This document shows, piece after piece, positions 1 through 7,801 of a stretch of DNA of 64,000 nt (positions are counted from its first letter, which is position 1; each line of letters opens with the position of its first letter). The notes below the pieces were generated by a model. It worked only from the letters and a program-made list of their open reading frames with translations, was not told the origin of the DNA and did not search any database. Made by a program: the position numbers and the translations under genes. This stretch comes from an uncultured Gammaproteobacteria bacterium. Lineage in GTDB: Bacteria > Patescibacteriota > Patescibacteriia > Magasanikbacterales > GWA2-37-8. The stretch covers positions 439,400 through 503,399 of the forward strand of contig CAYHBZ010000001.1 of assembly GCA_964355175.1 (NCBI GenBank), written 5' to 3'.

Positions 1-679
1 TGACTTCTTTCACCATTTCTTTTTTGGCAAATTTGTCGCGGCGACTAAAGGCTTCACCTTTATAGATCCAAACTTTGACACCGATTTTACCATAAATAGT
101 CATTGCTTCATTCAAAGCATAATCTACATCACTGCGCAAAGTAATCAAAGACATTTTACCGGAAGCCATTTTTTCACGACGAGCAATTTCAGCACCGTTG
201 AGACGACCGGAGATACTGAATTTCACACCCTGAGCACCGGCGGACATTACTTTTTCAATAGCTTGTTTCATTACGCGTCTAAAAGGAATACGACGTTCGA
301 TTTCGGAAGCCATACTCTGACCAACAATCTGAGCGGACATCGCTGGGTTGACCACAGCCTGGATGTTCAATTTTACTTTAATTTTAAATTGCAAAATTTT
401 CTTTTCGATTTCCTTGCGGATTTCTTCCAGACCAGCGCCATTGCGACCGATGATTACACCAGGTTTAGCGGCCAAAATAGTAATACTTACTTCTTTTGGA
501 GTACGCTCAATACTGATGGCATCGATACCAGCTTCTTTTAATTTGGTATTTAAAAATTTACGAATTTTTACTTCTTGTTCTAAAACACCAGAAAATTTAT
601 CCTTGCTGGCATACCATTTGGAATCCCAAGCAAAGATGAAAGGGGTGCGATGAATTCGTGGATGTACTTTATGTCCCAT
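1..679 (-). CDS. rpsC: 30S ribosomal protein S3, 3' end cut by window edge
   Basis: Minus-strand translation from ATG at about 677-679 reads MGHKVHPRIHRTPFIFAWDSKWYASK, an S3 N-terminus. Sits after rplV in conserved S10-cluster order. Confidence 0.85.
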   Translation of the reverse strand, partial: MGHKVHPRIHRTPFIFAWDSKWYASKDKFSGVLEQEVKIRKFLNTKLKEAGIDAISIERTPKEVSITILAAKPGVIIGRNGAGLEEIRKEIEKKILQFKIKVKLNIQAVVNPAMSAQIVGQSMASEIERRIPFRRVMKQAIEKVMSAGAQGVKFSISGRLNGAEIARREKMASGKMSLITLRSDVDYALNEAMTIYGKIGVKVWIYKGEAFSRRDKFAKKEMVKEV

Positions 680-691
680 AGTATTTCAAAA

Positions 692-1060
692 TTATTTGGA
701 TAATTTCTTTTTAGGTTTTACTGTCAATTCGCCAAGTCCCAAAGTAATATGAGAAGTGCGTTCGCGAATTGGAGTAGCACGACCATGGGCTTTTGGCATC
801 CAGCGTTTCAACATCGGACCACCGTCTACCATTATGGTTTTCACACACAAATCAGCCGCCATCAAATTGTTATTGTGTTTGGCGTTGGCTACAGCGGAAT
901 TGAGTAATTTCAAAATCGGACGCGCAGCCGCTTTTTTGCTCAAAACCAAAATTTCTAAGGCTTTGGAAATCTTGCGACCACGAATCATATCGGCCACTAA
1001 ACGCACTTTGCGAGGGCCCATTCTTAGATAGCTAAGTTTTGCGGTTACTACCTGGCTCAT
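692..1060 (-). CDS. rplV: 50S ribosomal protein L22
   Basis: 122-aa ORF with an L22-like sequence (MSQVVTAKLSYLRMGPRKVRLVADMIRGRKISKALEIL). Conserved operon position. Confidence 0.9.
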   Translation of the reverse strand: MSQVVTAKLSYLRMGPRKVRLVADMIRGRKISKALEILVLSKKAAARPILKLLNSAVANAKHNNNLMAADLCVKTIMVDGGPMLKRWMPKAHGRATPIRERTSHITLGLGELTVKPKKKLSK

Positions 1061-1091
1061 ACTTAAAAGTTATTTGAAAAATTATTTAGGT

Positions 1092-1433
1092 TTATTTTTT
1101 GCCGGCTGGAGCTTTCGGCGCAGCAGCTTTTGGAGCGGCTGAAGCAGCCACTGCAGCTTCTTGTTCTTTGGCCATCTTACCACCATGGCGAATGAATTTG
1201 CGGGTTAGAGCAAATTCACCAAGACGGTGACCTACCATATTTTCATCCACATACACGGTGATAAAATCTTTACCGTTGTGTACTTGGAAAGTGACACCTA
1301 CCATTTCAGGAGAAATGACGCAGGCGCGTGACCAAGTTTTGATAGGAGTTTTTTTACCGCTGGCTTTGACTGCTTCTACTTTGCTCAATACGCGCGGATC
1401 AATGTAGAGGCCTTTTTTTAAACTTCTGGACAT
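1092..1433 (-). CDS. rpsS: 30S ribosomal protein S19 with Ala/Lys-rich C-terminal extension
   Basis: S19 core ([24 protein letters not shown]) plus a C-terminal tail [21 protein letters not shown]. Confidence 0.9.
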   Translation of the reverse strand: MSRSLKKGLYIDPRVLSKVEAVKASGKKTPIKTWSRACVISPEMVGVTFQVHNGKDFITVYVDENMVGHRLGEFALTRKFIRHGGKMAKEQEAAVAASAAPKAAAPKAPAGKK

Positions 1434-1438
1434 AATGT

Positions 1439-2284
1439 TTATGCGTTATTTTTCTTACGAGGAGTGACAATAAACTTGTTGCTCCATTTTTGTGGTTTGC
1501 GAGTCAATACACCGCGAGCAGCTTTACCGTAAACAGTGCGAGGACCACGTTTCTGACCAATCGGAGAGTGACCTTCACCACCACCATGCGGGTGATCTAC
1601 TGGGTTCATGTTCTTACCTTTCACGCGTGGGCGGATACCGCGCAAGCGCATACGGCCGGCTTTACCATAACGGATCAAACGATGATCGGCATTTCCAAGC
1701 ATACCAATACTGGCCATACAAGTCTTGCGGATCTTGCGAGTTTCACCGGATGGCAAACGTACCAAAGCGTATTCACCTTCGATACCGATAAACTGAGCGG
1801 ACAAACCAGCGCCGCGCACCAGCTGACCACCTTTACCAGGAGTCAATTCAAGATTGTAAACAAATAAACCAACTGGAATGTCTTGCAAAGGCATGCGATT
1901 GCCATTTTTGGCTTCGATTGCTTTGTTACTAGACATTACCATATCACCAACATTTATACCTTGAGGAGCCAAAATATAAGCTTTGGTTTTATCGGCATAT
2001 TCCACTAGGGCCAAGCGAGGACCGCGGCTTGGATCGTATTCAATAGCGGTAATTTTACCTGGAGCATCAAATTTAAACTGTTTGAAATCAACAATACGGT
2101 AATATTGTTTCACACCGCCGCCCTGATGACGAACAGTAATTTTACCTTGGTTGTTGCGACCGGCATTCTTTTTGAGAATGGTGATCAGCGCTTTCTCCGG
2201 TTCAAATTTGGTGATATCGGCAAAAGCGTCTACGCTGCTTTTGCGGCGACCCGGAGTCGTTGGTTTGTAAATTTTAATAGGCAT
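1439..2284 (-). CDS. rplB: 50S ribosomal protein L2
   Basis: 281 aa. Typical L2 motifs ([25 protein letters not shown]). Confidence 0.95.
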   Translation of the reverse strand: MPIKIYKPTTPGRRKSSVDAFADITKFEPEKALITILKKNAGRNNQGKITVRHQGGGVKQYYRIVDFKQFKFDAPGKITAIEYDPSRGPRLALVEYADKTKAYILAPQGINVGDMVMSSNKAIEAKNGNRMPLQDIPVGLFVYNLELTPGKGGQLVRGAGLSAQFIGIEGEYALVRLPSGETRKIRKTCMASIGMLGNADHRLIRYGKAGRMRLRGIRPRVKGKNMNPVDHPHGGGEGHSPIGQKRGPRTVYGKAARGVLTRKPQKWSNKFIVTPRKKNNA

Positions 2285-2304
2285 AATTTTAGGTGTTGTG
2301 AGTA

Positions 2305-2802
2305 TTAGACGCCTTCGTGAATCACGATAGTTTTGCCTTTTGGCAAGGTCACTACCGCTTTTTTGTAATCACTGCGTTTGCCGTAATGATTACCGAAACG
2401 AATTGGCTTGCCCTGAACATTGATCATATTCACGGATAGTGGCTTCACGCCATAAACTTCGAAAACAGCTTGGCGCACAGCACCTTTGTTAGCACCGTTG
2501 GCTACTACAAAAATATATTGGTTTTCACTTTGTTTTACAGCACTTTTTTCAGTTACCAAAGCGCGCACCAAAATGTTGTTTTTAATTTTAGCCGCTTTTT
2601 TATCAGCTGGCGCCACTACTTCACCAGTAGCTGTTTCAGCTTTAGCGGTTTTGGTAGTTTTTTTGGCCGCAGTTTTAGCGGAAGTCTTTTTGGCAGGAGC
2701 AGTCTTTTCATCTTTTACCGATTTTTCTTCGGCTTTAGGAGCAGACTGTTTTTCCAAAACTTCTTCTTGCTTCTTTTTGGACCATCTATCAAGTAAACCC
2801 AT
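2305..2802 (-). CDS. rplW: 50S ribosomal protein L23 with about 70-aa Lys/Ala-rich N-terminal extension
   Basis: C-terminal about 95 aa is L23-like (NNILVRALVTEKS...KAVVTLPKG). N-terminal low-complexity K/A/T-rich region. The ORF abuts the rplD stop, which supports the long start. Confidence 0.8.
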   Translation of the reverse strand: MGLLDRWSKKKQEEVLEKQSAPKAEEKSVKDEKTAPAKKTSAKTAAKKTTKTAKAETATGEVVAPADKKAAKIKNNILVRALVTEKSAVKQSENQYIFVVANGANKGAVRQAVFEVYGVKPLSVNMINVQGKPIRFGNHYGKRSDYKKAVVTLPKGKTIVIHEGV

Positions 2803-2827
2803 ATTATTAAAACTCTAAGTGATTAAA

Positions 2828-3457
2828 TTATTTTCCAAAAACTTCTTCCAGTTTTTTCACACCGTCTTTGGAAGTCAAAACTACGCCTTTTTTTAGCAAG
2901 TCCATCACATTGGCATCGCCAGCGCGTAAAGTTTTAACTGATTTCAAATTCTTGGTCATGCGCAAAACTGCTTCATCTTTGCCAGAGGTCAACACCAAAA
3001 AGTTTTTCAACTTGGTTGGCATCGCGGCGAGCACGCCCGCAAACATTTTTGTTTTTGGTTTATCAAAATTGAAATCTTCAAGCACCAAAAGATTGCCAGA
3101 TTGAGCTTTGTCGGAAAGACACATTTTGATCACGGACTGACGAGTTTTTTTGTTGATCTTGGTCTTGTAGTTGCGATCGGTCAAAGGACCAAAAGCGACA
3201 CCGCCGCCCTTCCAGATAGGAGAACGAATAGAACCGTGACGAGCACGACCAGTACCTTTTTGTTGCCATGGTTTTTTACCACCACCGCTTACTTCACCGC
3301 GATTCTTGGTATCAGCCCAAGGTTCACGTTGATTGTTGGTCTGCTGTACAAATACTTGGTGCACTACTTCCGGTTTAATTTTTACGCCGAAAACTTTGTC
3401 GGATAATTCCATTTCACCTGTTTCTTTGCCGGCTAAATTGTAAACTTTAATTTTCAT
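2828..3457 (-). CDS. rplD: 50S ribosomal protein L4
   Basis: 209-aa L4/L1e family sequence in the conserved position between rplC and rplW. Confidence 0.9.
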   Translation of the reverse strand: MKIKVYNLAGKETGEMELSDKVFGVKIKPEVVHQVFVQQTNNQREPWADTKNRGEVSGGGKKPWQQKGTGRARHGSIRSPIWKGGGVAFGPLTDRNYKTKINKKTRQSVIKMCLSDKAQSGNLLVLEDFNFDKPKTKMFAGVLAAMPTKLKNFLVLTSGKDEAVLRMTKNLKSVKTLRAGDANVMDLLKKGVVLTSKDGVKKLEEVFGK

Positions 3458-3480
3458 ATAATAAATTCTTCTGTTTCAAA

Positions 3481-4221
3481 TTAAGCGTTAGAAACTTCAG
3501 TGACTGGAGCTTCAACTACAGTAGATTCCTCTACTACAGGTGCTACAGGAGTTTGTTCCACTACAGGAGCGGATTTTTCTTCGGCCTTTGAATTTTTTGT
3601 AATTTTTAGTTCACCAGGTCCTTGGATAATAATCAAAGCATTGCGACCGCCTGGGACAGCGCCTTTGACATAAATTTCATTTGTTTCAGGATGCACTTCT
3701 ACTACTTCCAAATTCTTTACAGTTACCTGATCGCCACCCATACGACCAGCCATGCGCATACCTTTGAAAACGCGTTGTACACCACCGGCACCAATGGAAC
3801 CAGGAGCACGCAAGTTGTCTTTATGACCGTGAGATGCAGGACCACCACGGAAATGATGACGCTTCACAACACCGGCAAAACCTTTACCTTTACTAACACC
3901 AGTAACTTCAATTTCGTCACCAGCAGTAAACGTATCTACCAAAACCAAATCACCGCGGGTGAGACCCTCGGTTTTTTCTGTACTAAATTCTTTTAAAAAC
4001 TCACTGTTAGCCAAGTCTTTCAAATGACCAGCTTGAGGTTTGCTCAAACGCCATTCTTTCTTTTCACCAAAACCAAGTTGCACAGCGTCCTTCTTTACCA
4101 ATACCACGGTACAAGGTCCGGCCAAAACACGAGTTACTGGCACTACTTCACCGGTAGGTAAAAATACCTGTGTCATTGCGATTTTCTTTCCTAAAATGAA
4201 TTTCATAGTATTTTTTGTCAT
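3481..4221 (-). CDS. rplC: 50S ribosomal protein L3 with acidic/Val-rich C-terminal extension
   Basis: L3 core (MKFILGKKIAMTQVF...) plus a C-terminal tail of about 35 aa. An alternative start at the MKF codon near 4206. Confidence 0.9.
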   Translation of the reverse strand: MTKNTMKFILGKKIAMTQVFLPTGEVVPVTRVLAGPCTVVLVKKDAVQLGFGEKKEWRLSKPQAGHLKDLANSEFLKEFSTEKTEGLTRGDLVLVDTFTAGDEIEVTGVSKGKGFAGVVKRHHFRGGPASHGHKDNLRAPGSIGAGGVQRVFKGMRMAGRMGGDQVTVKNLEVVEVHPETNEIYVKGAVPGGRNALIIIQGPGELKITKNSKAEEKSAPVVEQTPVAPVVEESTVVEAPVTEVSNA

Positions 4222-4281
4222 TGCTTCCCAGACTAAAGGAAGGTAACTTAATTAAATTTCTAATCTTTTTTTAACAAAAAA

Positions 4282-4337
4282 CTAGAAGCAACAACACTGA
4301 TTAAAACCCCTTTGGTTTACAGTACTTTTGCTTCTAG
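4282..4337 (-). terminator. Attenuator-like intrinsic terminator in the rpsJ-rplC spacer
   Basis: Inverted repeat CTAGAAGCA...TGCTTCTAG (9-bp stem) with a nested AAACC/GGGTTT helix. On the minus strand it is followed by TTTTTTGTT. It lies about 60 nt upstream of the rplC start. Confidence 0.45.
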
Positions 4338-4548
4338 CCTTCTTTGCTTTCCAAAAAATTTGGTAGGCGGTATCTACTGTCACAAGACAGCAGATGAAAT
4401 AAGAATGGCTTTTAGTTTTTTATTGGTAAATATCTTTTTTTCTCCTGAGCTAAACCTGCCTGTGTAAATGTTTTTTGTTTTTTCTCCACGACTGAGTCGG
4501 GAGACAAATCTTATTTACTTAGACCTTTTAGCTAACTACTTGGTCCTT

Positions 4549-4577
4549 ATAATAGCACAATTCTTACGGTTTGTCAA
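4549..4577 (-). promoter_or_regulatory. Sigma70-like promoter immediately downstream of the rpsJ stop
   Basis: Minus strand reads TTGACA-17 nt-TATTAT. It would drive rplC and downstream genes through a leader of about 330 nt. Confidence 0.45.
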
Positions 4578-4591
4578 GGGTTTTACCCCTC

Positions 4592-4957
4592 TTACATTTT
4601 GATTTCTACATCTACACCAGCTGGCAAATTCAAACTCATCAAAGCATCTACACATTTTGGACCGGCATTGATGATATCGATCAAACGTTTGTGTACGCGC
4701 ATTTCGTACTGTTCGCGAGCGTCTTTGTGGACAAAGGTAGAGCGCAAAACAGTGAATTTGGTCTTTTCTGTAGGTAAAGGTACTGGGCCAATTACTTTGG
4801 CATCGTTGCGAGCAGCGGTGTCAATAATAGTCTTGGTGGCCTGGTCAATAATACGGTTGTCGTAAGCGCGGATTTTGATGCGGATACGAGTACCAACTTC
4901 TTCTTTTGCCTTTGGAGCTACTTTTTCAGCTTTAGTTGTAGGATTTGTAGTTGTCAT
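4592..4957 (-). CDS. rpsJ: 30S ribosomal protein S10 with about 20-aa N-terminal extension
   Basis: S10 core [17 protein letters not shown]... Confidence 0.9.
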   Translation of the reverse strand: MTTTNPTTKAEKVAPKAKEEVGTRIRIKIRAYDNRIIDQATKTIIDTAARNDAKVIGPVPLPTEKTKFTVLRSTFVHKDAREQYEMRVHKRLIDIINAGPKCVDALMSLNLPAGVDVEIKM

Positions 4958-4996
4958 GTTTTTAATTAAATAAAGGAACTAATTAAAGAACTATTT

Positions 4997-5036
4997 GAAA
5001 AAATCATAAGGGGGGGGTGTTTTTCAACACCTCCCC
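4997..5036 (-). terminator. tuf terminator
   Basis: GC hairpin GGGGGGGTGTT/AACACCTCCCC. A U-run follows on the minus strand. Confidence 0.45.
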
Positions 5037-5043
5037 AAATAAT

Positions 5044-6234
5044 TTATTTATTGATTTTTGTTACTACACCAGCGCCGACGGTACGACCACCTTCGCGGAT
5101 AGTGAATTTCATTTTGTCTTCCATAGCTACTGGAGTGATCAATTTGATTTTCAAATTGACGGTATCACCAGGCATAACCATTTCTACACCAGCTGGCAAT
5201 TCAAGTACATCACCAGTTACATCGGTAGTACGGATATAGAACTGTGGTTTATAGCCTTTGAAGAATGGCTTATGACGACCACCTTCTTCTTTGGACAAAA
5301 TATAAACTTCTGCATCAAATTCAGTATGAGGAGTGATAGAACCGATTTTGGCCAAAACCATACCGCGTTCTACTTCTTCTTTTTTGGTGCCGCGCAACAA
5401 GATACCAGCGTTATCACCGGCCTGACCTTCTTTCAAAGATTTGTTAAACATTTCAATACCAGTAACGATAGTCTTCATTGGTTCTTCACGTAGACCAACG
5501 ATAGCAATTTCATCACCGATTTTGATCATACCACTTTCAATACGGCCAGTTACTACTGTACCACGACCTTCGATGGAGAATACATCTTCAACAGGCATCA
5601 AGAATGGTTTGTCAGTAGCGCGCTGTGGCTCTGGGATATATTCATCCAAAGTCTTGATCAAGTCCATTACTGGCTTGGAAGCAACTTCGTCGGTTGGGCT
5701 TTCCAAAGCTTTCAAAGCGGAACCGCGGATAATAGGAGTGGTGTCGCCAGGGAAACCATATTTGTTCAAAAGATCGCGAACTTCAACTTCTACCAATTCA
5801 ACCAAATCTGGATCGGCCATGTCGATCTTGTTCAAAAATACTACGATGTAAGGCACACCTACCTGACGAGCAAGCAAGATATGTTCACGAGTCTGAGGCA
5901 TCGGACCATCAGCGGCAGATACTACCAAAATAGCACCATCCATCTGAGCAGCACCGGTGATCATATTTTTCACATAGTCAGCGTGACCTGGACAGTCAAC
6001 GTGAGCATAGTGACGTTTTTCGGATTCGTATTCAACGTGAGCGGTAGAAATGGTAATACCACGAGCTTTTGACTCAGGAGCTTTATCCAAATCGCCTACG
6101 CCCTTATTCTGGGCAATACCGCCATGAGCGGCCAACACCTGCAAAATAGCAGCTGTCAAAGTTGTCTTACCGTGGTCAACGTGACCAATTGTACCTACGT
6201 TCAAATGGGGCTTGGTTCTTGAAAACTCAGCCAT
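5044..6234 (-). CDS. tuf: Elongation factor Tu
   Basis: 396 aa. [22 protein letters not shown] motifs. Confidence 0.97.
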   Translation of the reverse strand: MAEFSRTKPHLNVGTIGHVDHGKTTLTAAILQVLAAHGGIAQNKGVGDLDKAPESKARGITISTAHVEYESEKRHYAHVDCPGHADYVKNMITGAAQMDGAILVVSAADGPMPQTREHILLARQVGVPYIVVFLNKIDMADPDLVELVEVEVRDLLNKYGFPGDTTPIIRGSALKALESPTDEVASKPVMDLIKTLDEYIPEPQRATDKPFLMPVEDVFSIEGRGTVVTGRIESGMIKIGDEIAIVGLREEPMKTIVTGIEMFNKSLKEGQAGDNAGILLRGTKKEEVERGMVLAKIGSITPHTEFDAEVYILSKEEGGRHKPFFKGYKPQFYIRTTDVTGDVLELPAGVEMVMPGDTVNLKIKLITPVAMEDKMKFTIREGGRTVGAGVVTKINK

Positions 6235-6355
6235 AGGATTAAATCTTCACGGCTCTACACCCGAGTGGTCGGGGCAGATTTTTGTCCAGCCGTTGTTTTT
6301 GTATATATATATTAATAAAAGAAACACGCTAACCAAATAGTTGATTAGCGTGGGC

Positions 6356-6384
6356 ATTATATCAGGGTTTATTGGTTTTGGCAA
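6356..6384 (-). promoter_or_regulatory. Putative tuf promoter
   Basis: Minus strand reads TTGCCA-17 nt-TATAAT. A stem-loop CACGCTAA/TTAGCGTG sits at the predicted transcript start. Confidence 0.4.
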
Positions 6385-6427
6385 GGGCCAAAGGGGTGTG
6401 GATAAATATTTGACATGAACACATTTT

Positions 6428-7000
6428 TTACTCAACAGGCTCAAGGTAGAATTTTTCCTCTTCTCCTTCGGGTAAATCAGACAAATCTTCCTCGGCAAAA
6501 TTGGTATTTGGGGTCGCTTCCGAAGCGGGCGATATTGGAGCAATATATTTGACTGGTTCAGCAGGTGGCTCTGGAATAGGCTCGGACATTGGGGCAAATT
6601 CAATCTCGTCTTCTAACTCTGAATCTTCTATTTCTTGGCTAAATTTAGCCAAATTTTCTGGTTCTTGGAGTTTTTCCGGTAAATCTTGCTCTTTTTCTTC
6701 TTCTTTGTCCATTTCCTCTTCTTCCAAATCCGGCTCTATTTCCGGCTCTTCATATTGAATTTGAGGCAAAGGGCTCTTTTTTTCATGTTGCTCCTGCCAG
6801 CGGTTGATGTCGTGATTCAGACGGCTGAGCATCTCTTCTTCGGCCAAATTTTCTACTTCGGTAGTAGTATTGAGCAAATCCTCGTACTCATCCAAATTCA
6901 TCACTACCATCGCTTCATCGGTATCTCTATCTAGTACCACAAATCTATCGCCAGTGCGTTTGACCAATCGGATTATTCTGTCCAGTTGTTTCTGTTTCAT
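6428..7000 (-). CDS. Phd/YefM-like N-terminal domain protein with long acidic C-terminal tail
   Basis: The start is placed at MKQKQLDRIIRLV because a TTGACT-17-TAGAAT promoter ends about 15 nt upstream. The N-terminal 45 aa (GDRFVVLDRDTDEAMVVMNLDEYEDLL) resemble the YefM antitoxin fold. The remaining about 140 aa are E/D/P-rich. Confidence 0.5.
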   Translation of the reverse strand: MKQKQLDRIIRLVKRTGDRFVVLDRDTDEAMVVMNLDEYEDLLNTTTEVENLAEEEMLSRLNHDINRWQEQHEKKSPLPQIQYEEPEIEPDLEEEEMDKEEEKEQDLPEKLQEPENLAKFSQEIEDSELEDEIEFAPMSEPIPEPPAEPVKYIAPISPASEATPNTNFAEEDLSDLPEGEEEKFYLEPVE

Positions 7001-7021
7001 AAAAACTAGGTTATATATTTT

Positions 7022-7050
7022 TATTCTATATAAGCAGGGACAAATAGTCA
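7022..7050 (-). promoter_or_regulatory. Promoter for the YefM-like gene
   Basis: Minus strand reads TTGACT-17 nt-TAGAAT. Confidence 0.45.
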
Positions 7051-7171
7051 ACTCAGAAAAATATTTTTCTTCGTACTCCTACATTCTATCTGGCTTTATC
7101 TTTTATGTCTAGATTTGTAAAACGAATTACGGCTCTTAATAAGACGAAAATAACTAAACCAAAGCCTCAGC

Positions 7172-7210
7172 AAATAAAAAATCCAAAGCTCTAGACTCTG
7201 GATTTTTTAT
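7172..7210. terminator. Bidirectional hairpin terminator
   Basis: AATCCAAAG...CTCTGGATT stem with a T-run on one side and an A-run on the other. It lies downstream of the minus-strand gene 7303-7644. Confidence 0.45.
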
Positions 7211-7302
7211 TGGCTCTGACTACAAAATTTATAATCAAAGTGTGGCGCGCCGGATCCTACTCCTTTTTAAGTTAGGGGGCGCGCGGGGTGGGAATGAAAT
7301 GC

Positions 7303-7644
7303 CTAGTGATGGGGCACCTCCTTCAGCTGCGGAGCGGCCAGTCGAGCCGTCTCGACTCGACGACGCCGGCTTGGATCGCGGACGTAGGCCGGAAGATGTT
7401 CTCCGGGACTGATCGAGCTGAACGCCGTCGGCAGTGGCTTGGGCTCGGTGTTGCGGCTGGTCGGCTGGCGCTGGCGCAAAGCAGCCCAGAACCAGGACAG
7501 CAGCTCCCCAGGTTCGGTGAACAACAGTCCGCCGACAATGGCTACCGTGCCGATCACAGGCAACAACGACTCAACGAAGTACGCCACGACGAGCAATGCC
7601 GCCGCGAGGTACTCCATGTAATCACGAAAGGTCCACTTTCGCAT
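7303..7644 (-). CDS. Small membrane protein in a GC-rich islet, two predicted TM helices plus Pro/Arg-rich tail
   Basis: 113-aa ORF with two hydrophobic helices (YLAAALLVVAYFVESLLPVI, GTVAIVGGLLF...SWFWAAL). GC is about 65% against a background of about 40%. The terminator lies downstream on the minus strand. Confidence 0.4.
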   Translation of the reverse strand: MRKWTFRDYMEYLAAALLVVAYFVESLLPVIGTVAIVGGLLFTEPGELLSWFWAALRQRQPTSRNTEPKPLPTAFSSISPGEHLPAYVRDPSRRRRVETARLAAPQLKEVPHH

Positions 7645-7750
7645 TTCTCCCCTTTGCCGGTAGGCAAGGCCGAATTTGGCCCTATACCGGACACAGCTTA
7701 ACTATCATAATTATAACAGAAAGTCAAGGGTAAAGATATAATTATTCAAT

Positions 7751-7790
7751 AAAAAAACCTCCCGAACAATCGAGAGGTTTTTTATTTTAT
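7751..7790. terminator. Terminator of the secreted-protein gene
   Basis: AACCTC...GAGGTT hairpin flanked by an A-run and a T-run. Confidence 0.5.
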
Positions 7791-7801
7791 TTACTTTATT
7801 T

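Noticed and set aside
263-653. Plus-strand ORFs 263-541 and 348-653 overlapping rpsC
   Set aside because: They are antisense to a highly conserved r-protein gene. They are low complexity with no support.
1490-1867. Plus-strand ORFs 1490-1867 and 1492-1791 inside rplB
   Set aside because: They are antisense shadows of rplB.
6247-6603. Minus ORF 6247-6603 spanning the tuf promoter
   Set aside because: It overlaps the better-supported 6428-7000 gene in another frame and crosses a predicted promoter.
7246-7259. Adjacent AscI (GGCGCGCC) and BamHI (GGATCC) sites, with two nearby XbaI sites, as evidence of an engineered insert
   Set aside because: It is suggestive but not provable from sequence. 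It could be chance inside GC-rich DNA. It is noted in a finding rather than asserted.
7288-7701. Plus-strand 137-aa ORF in the GC-rich islet
   Set aside because: GC-rich DNA gives long ORFs on both strands. The minus-strand ORF has TM helices and a downstream terminator, and this one has neither.
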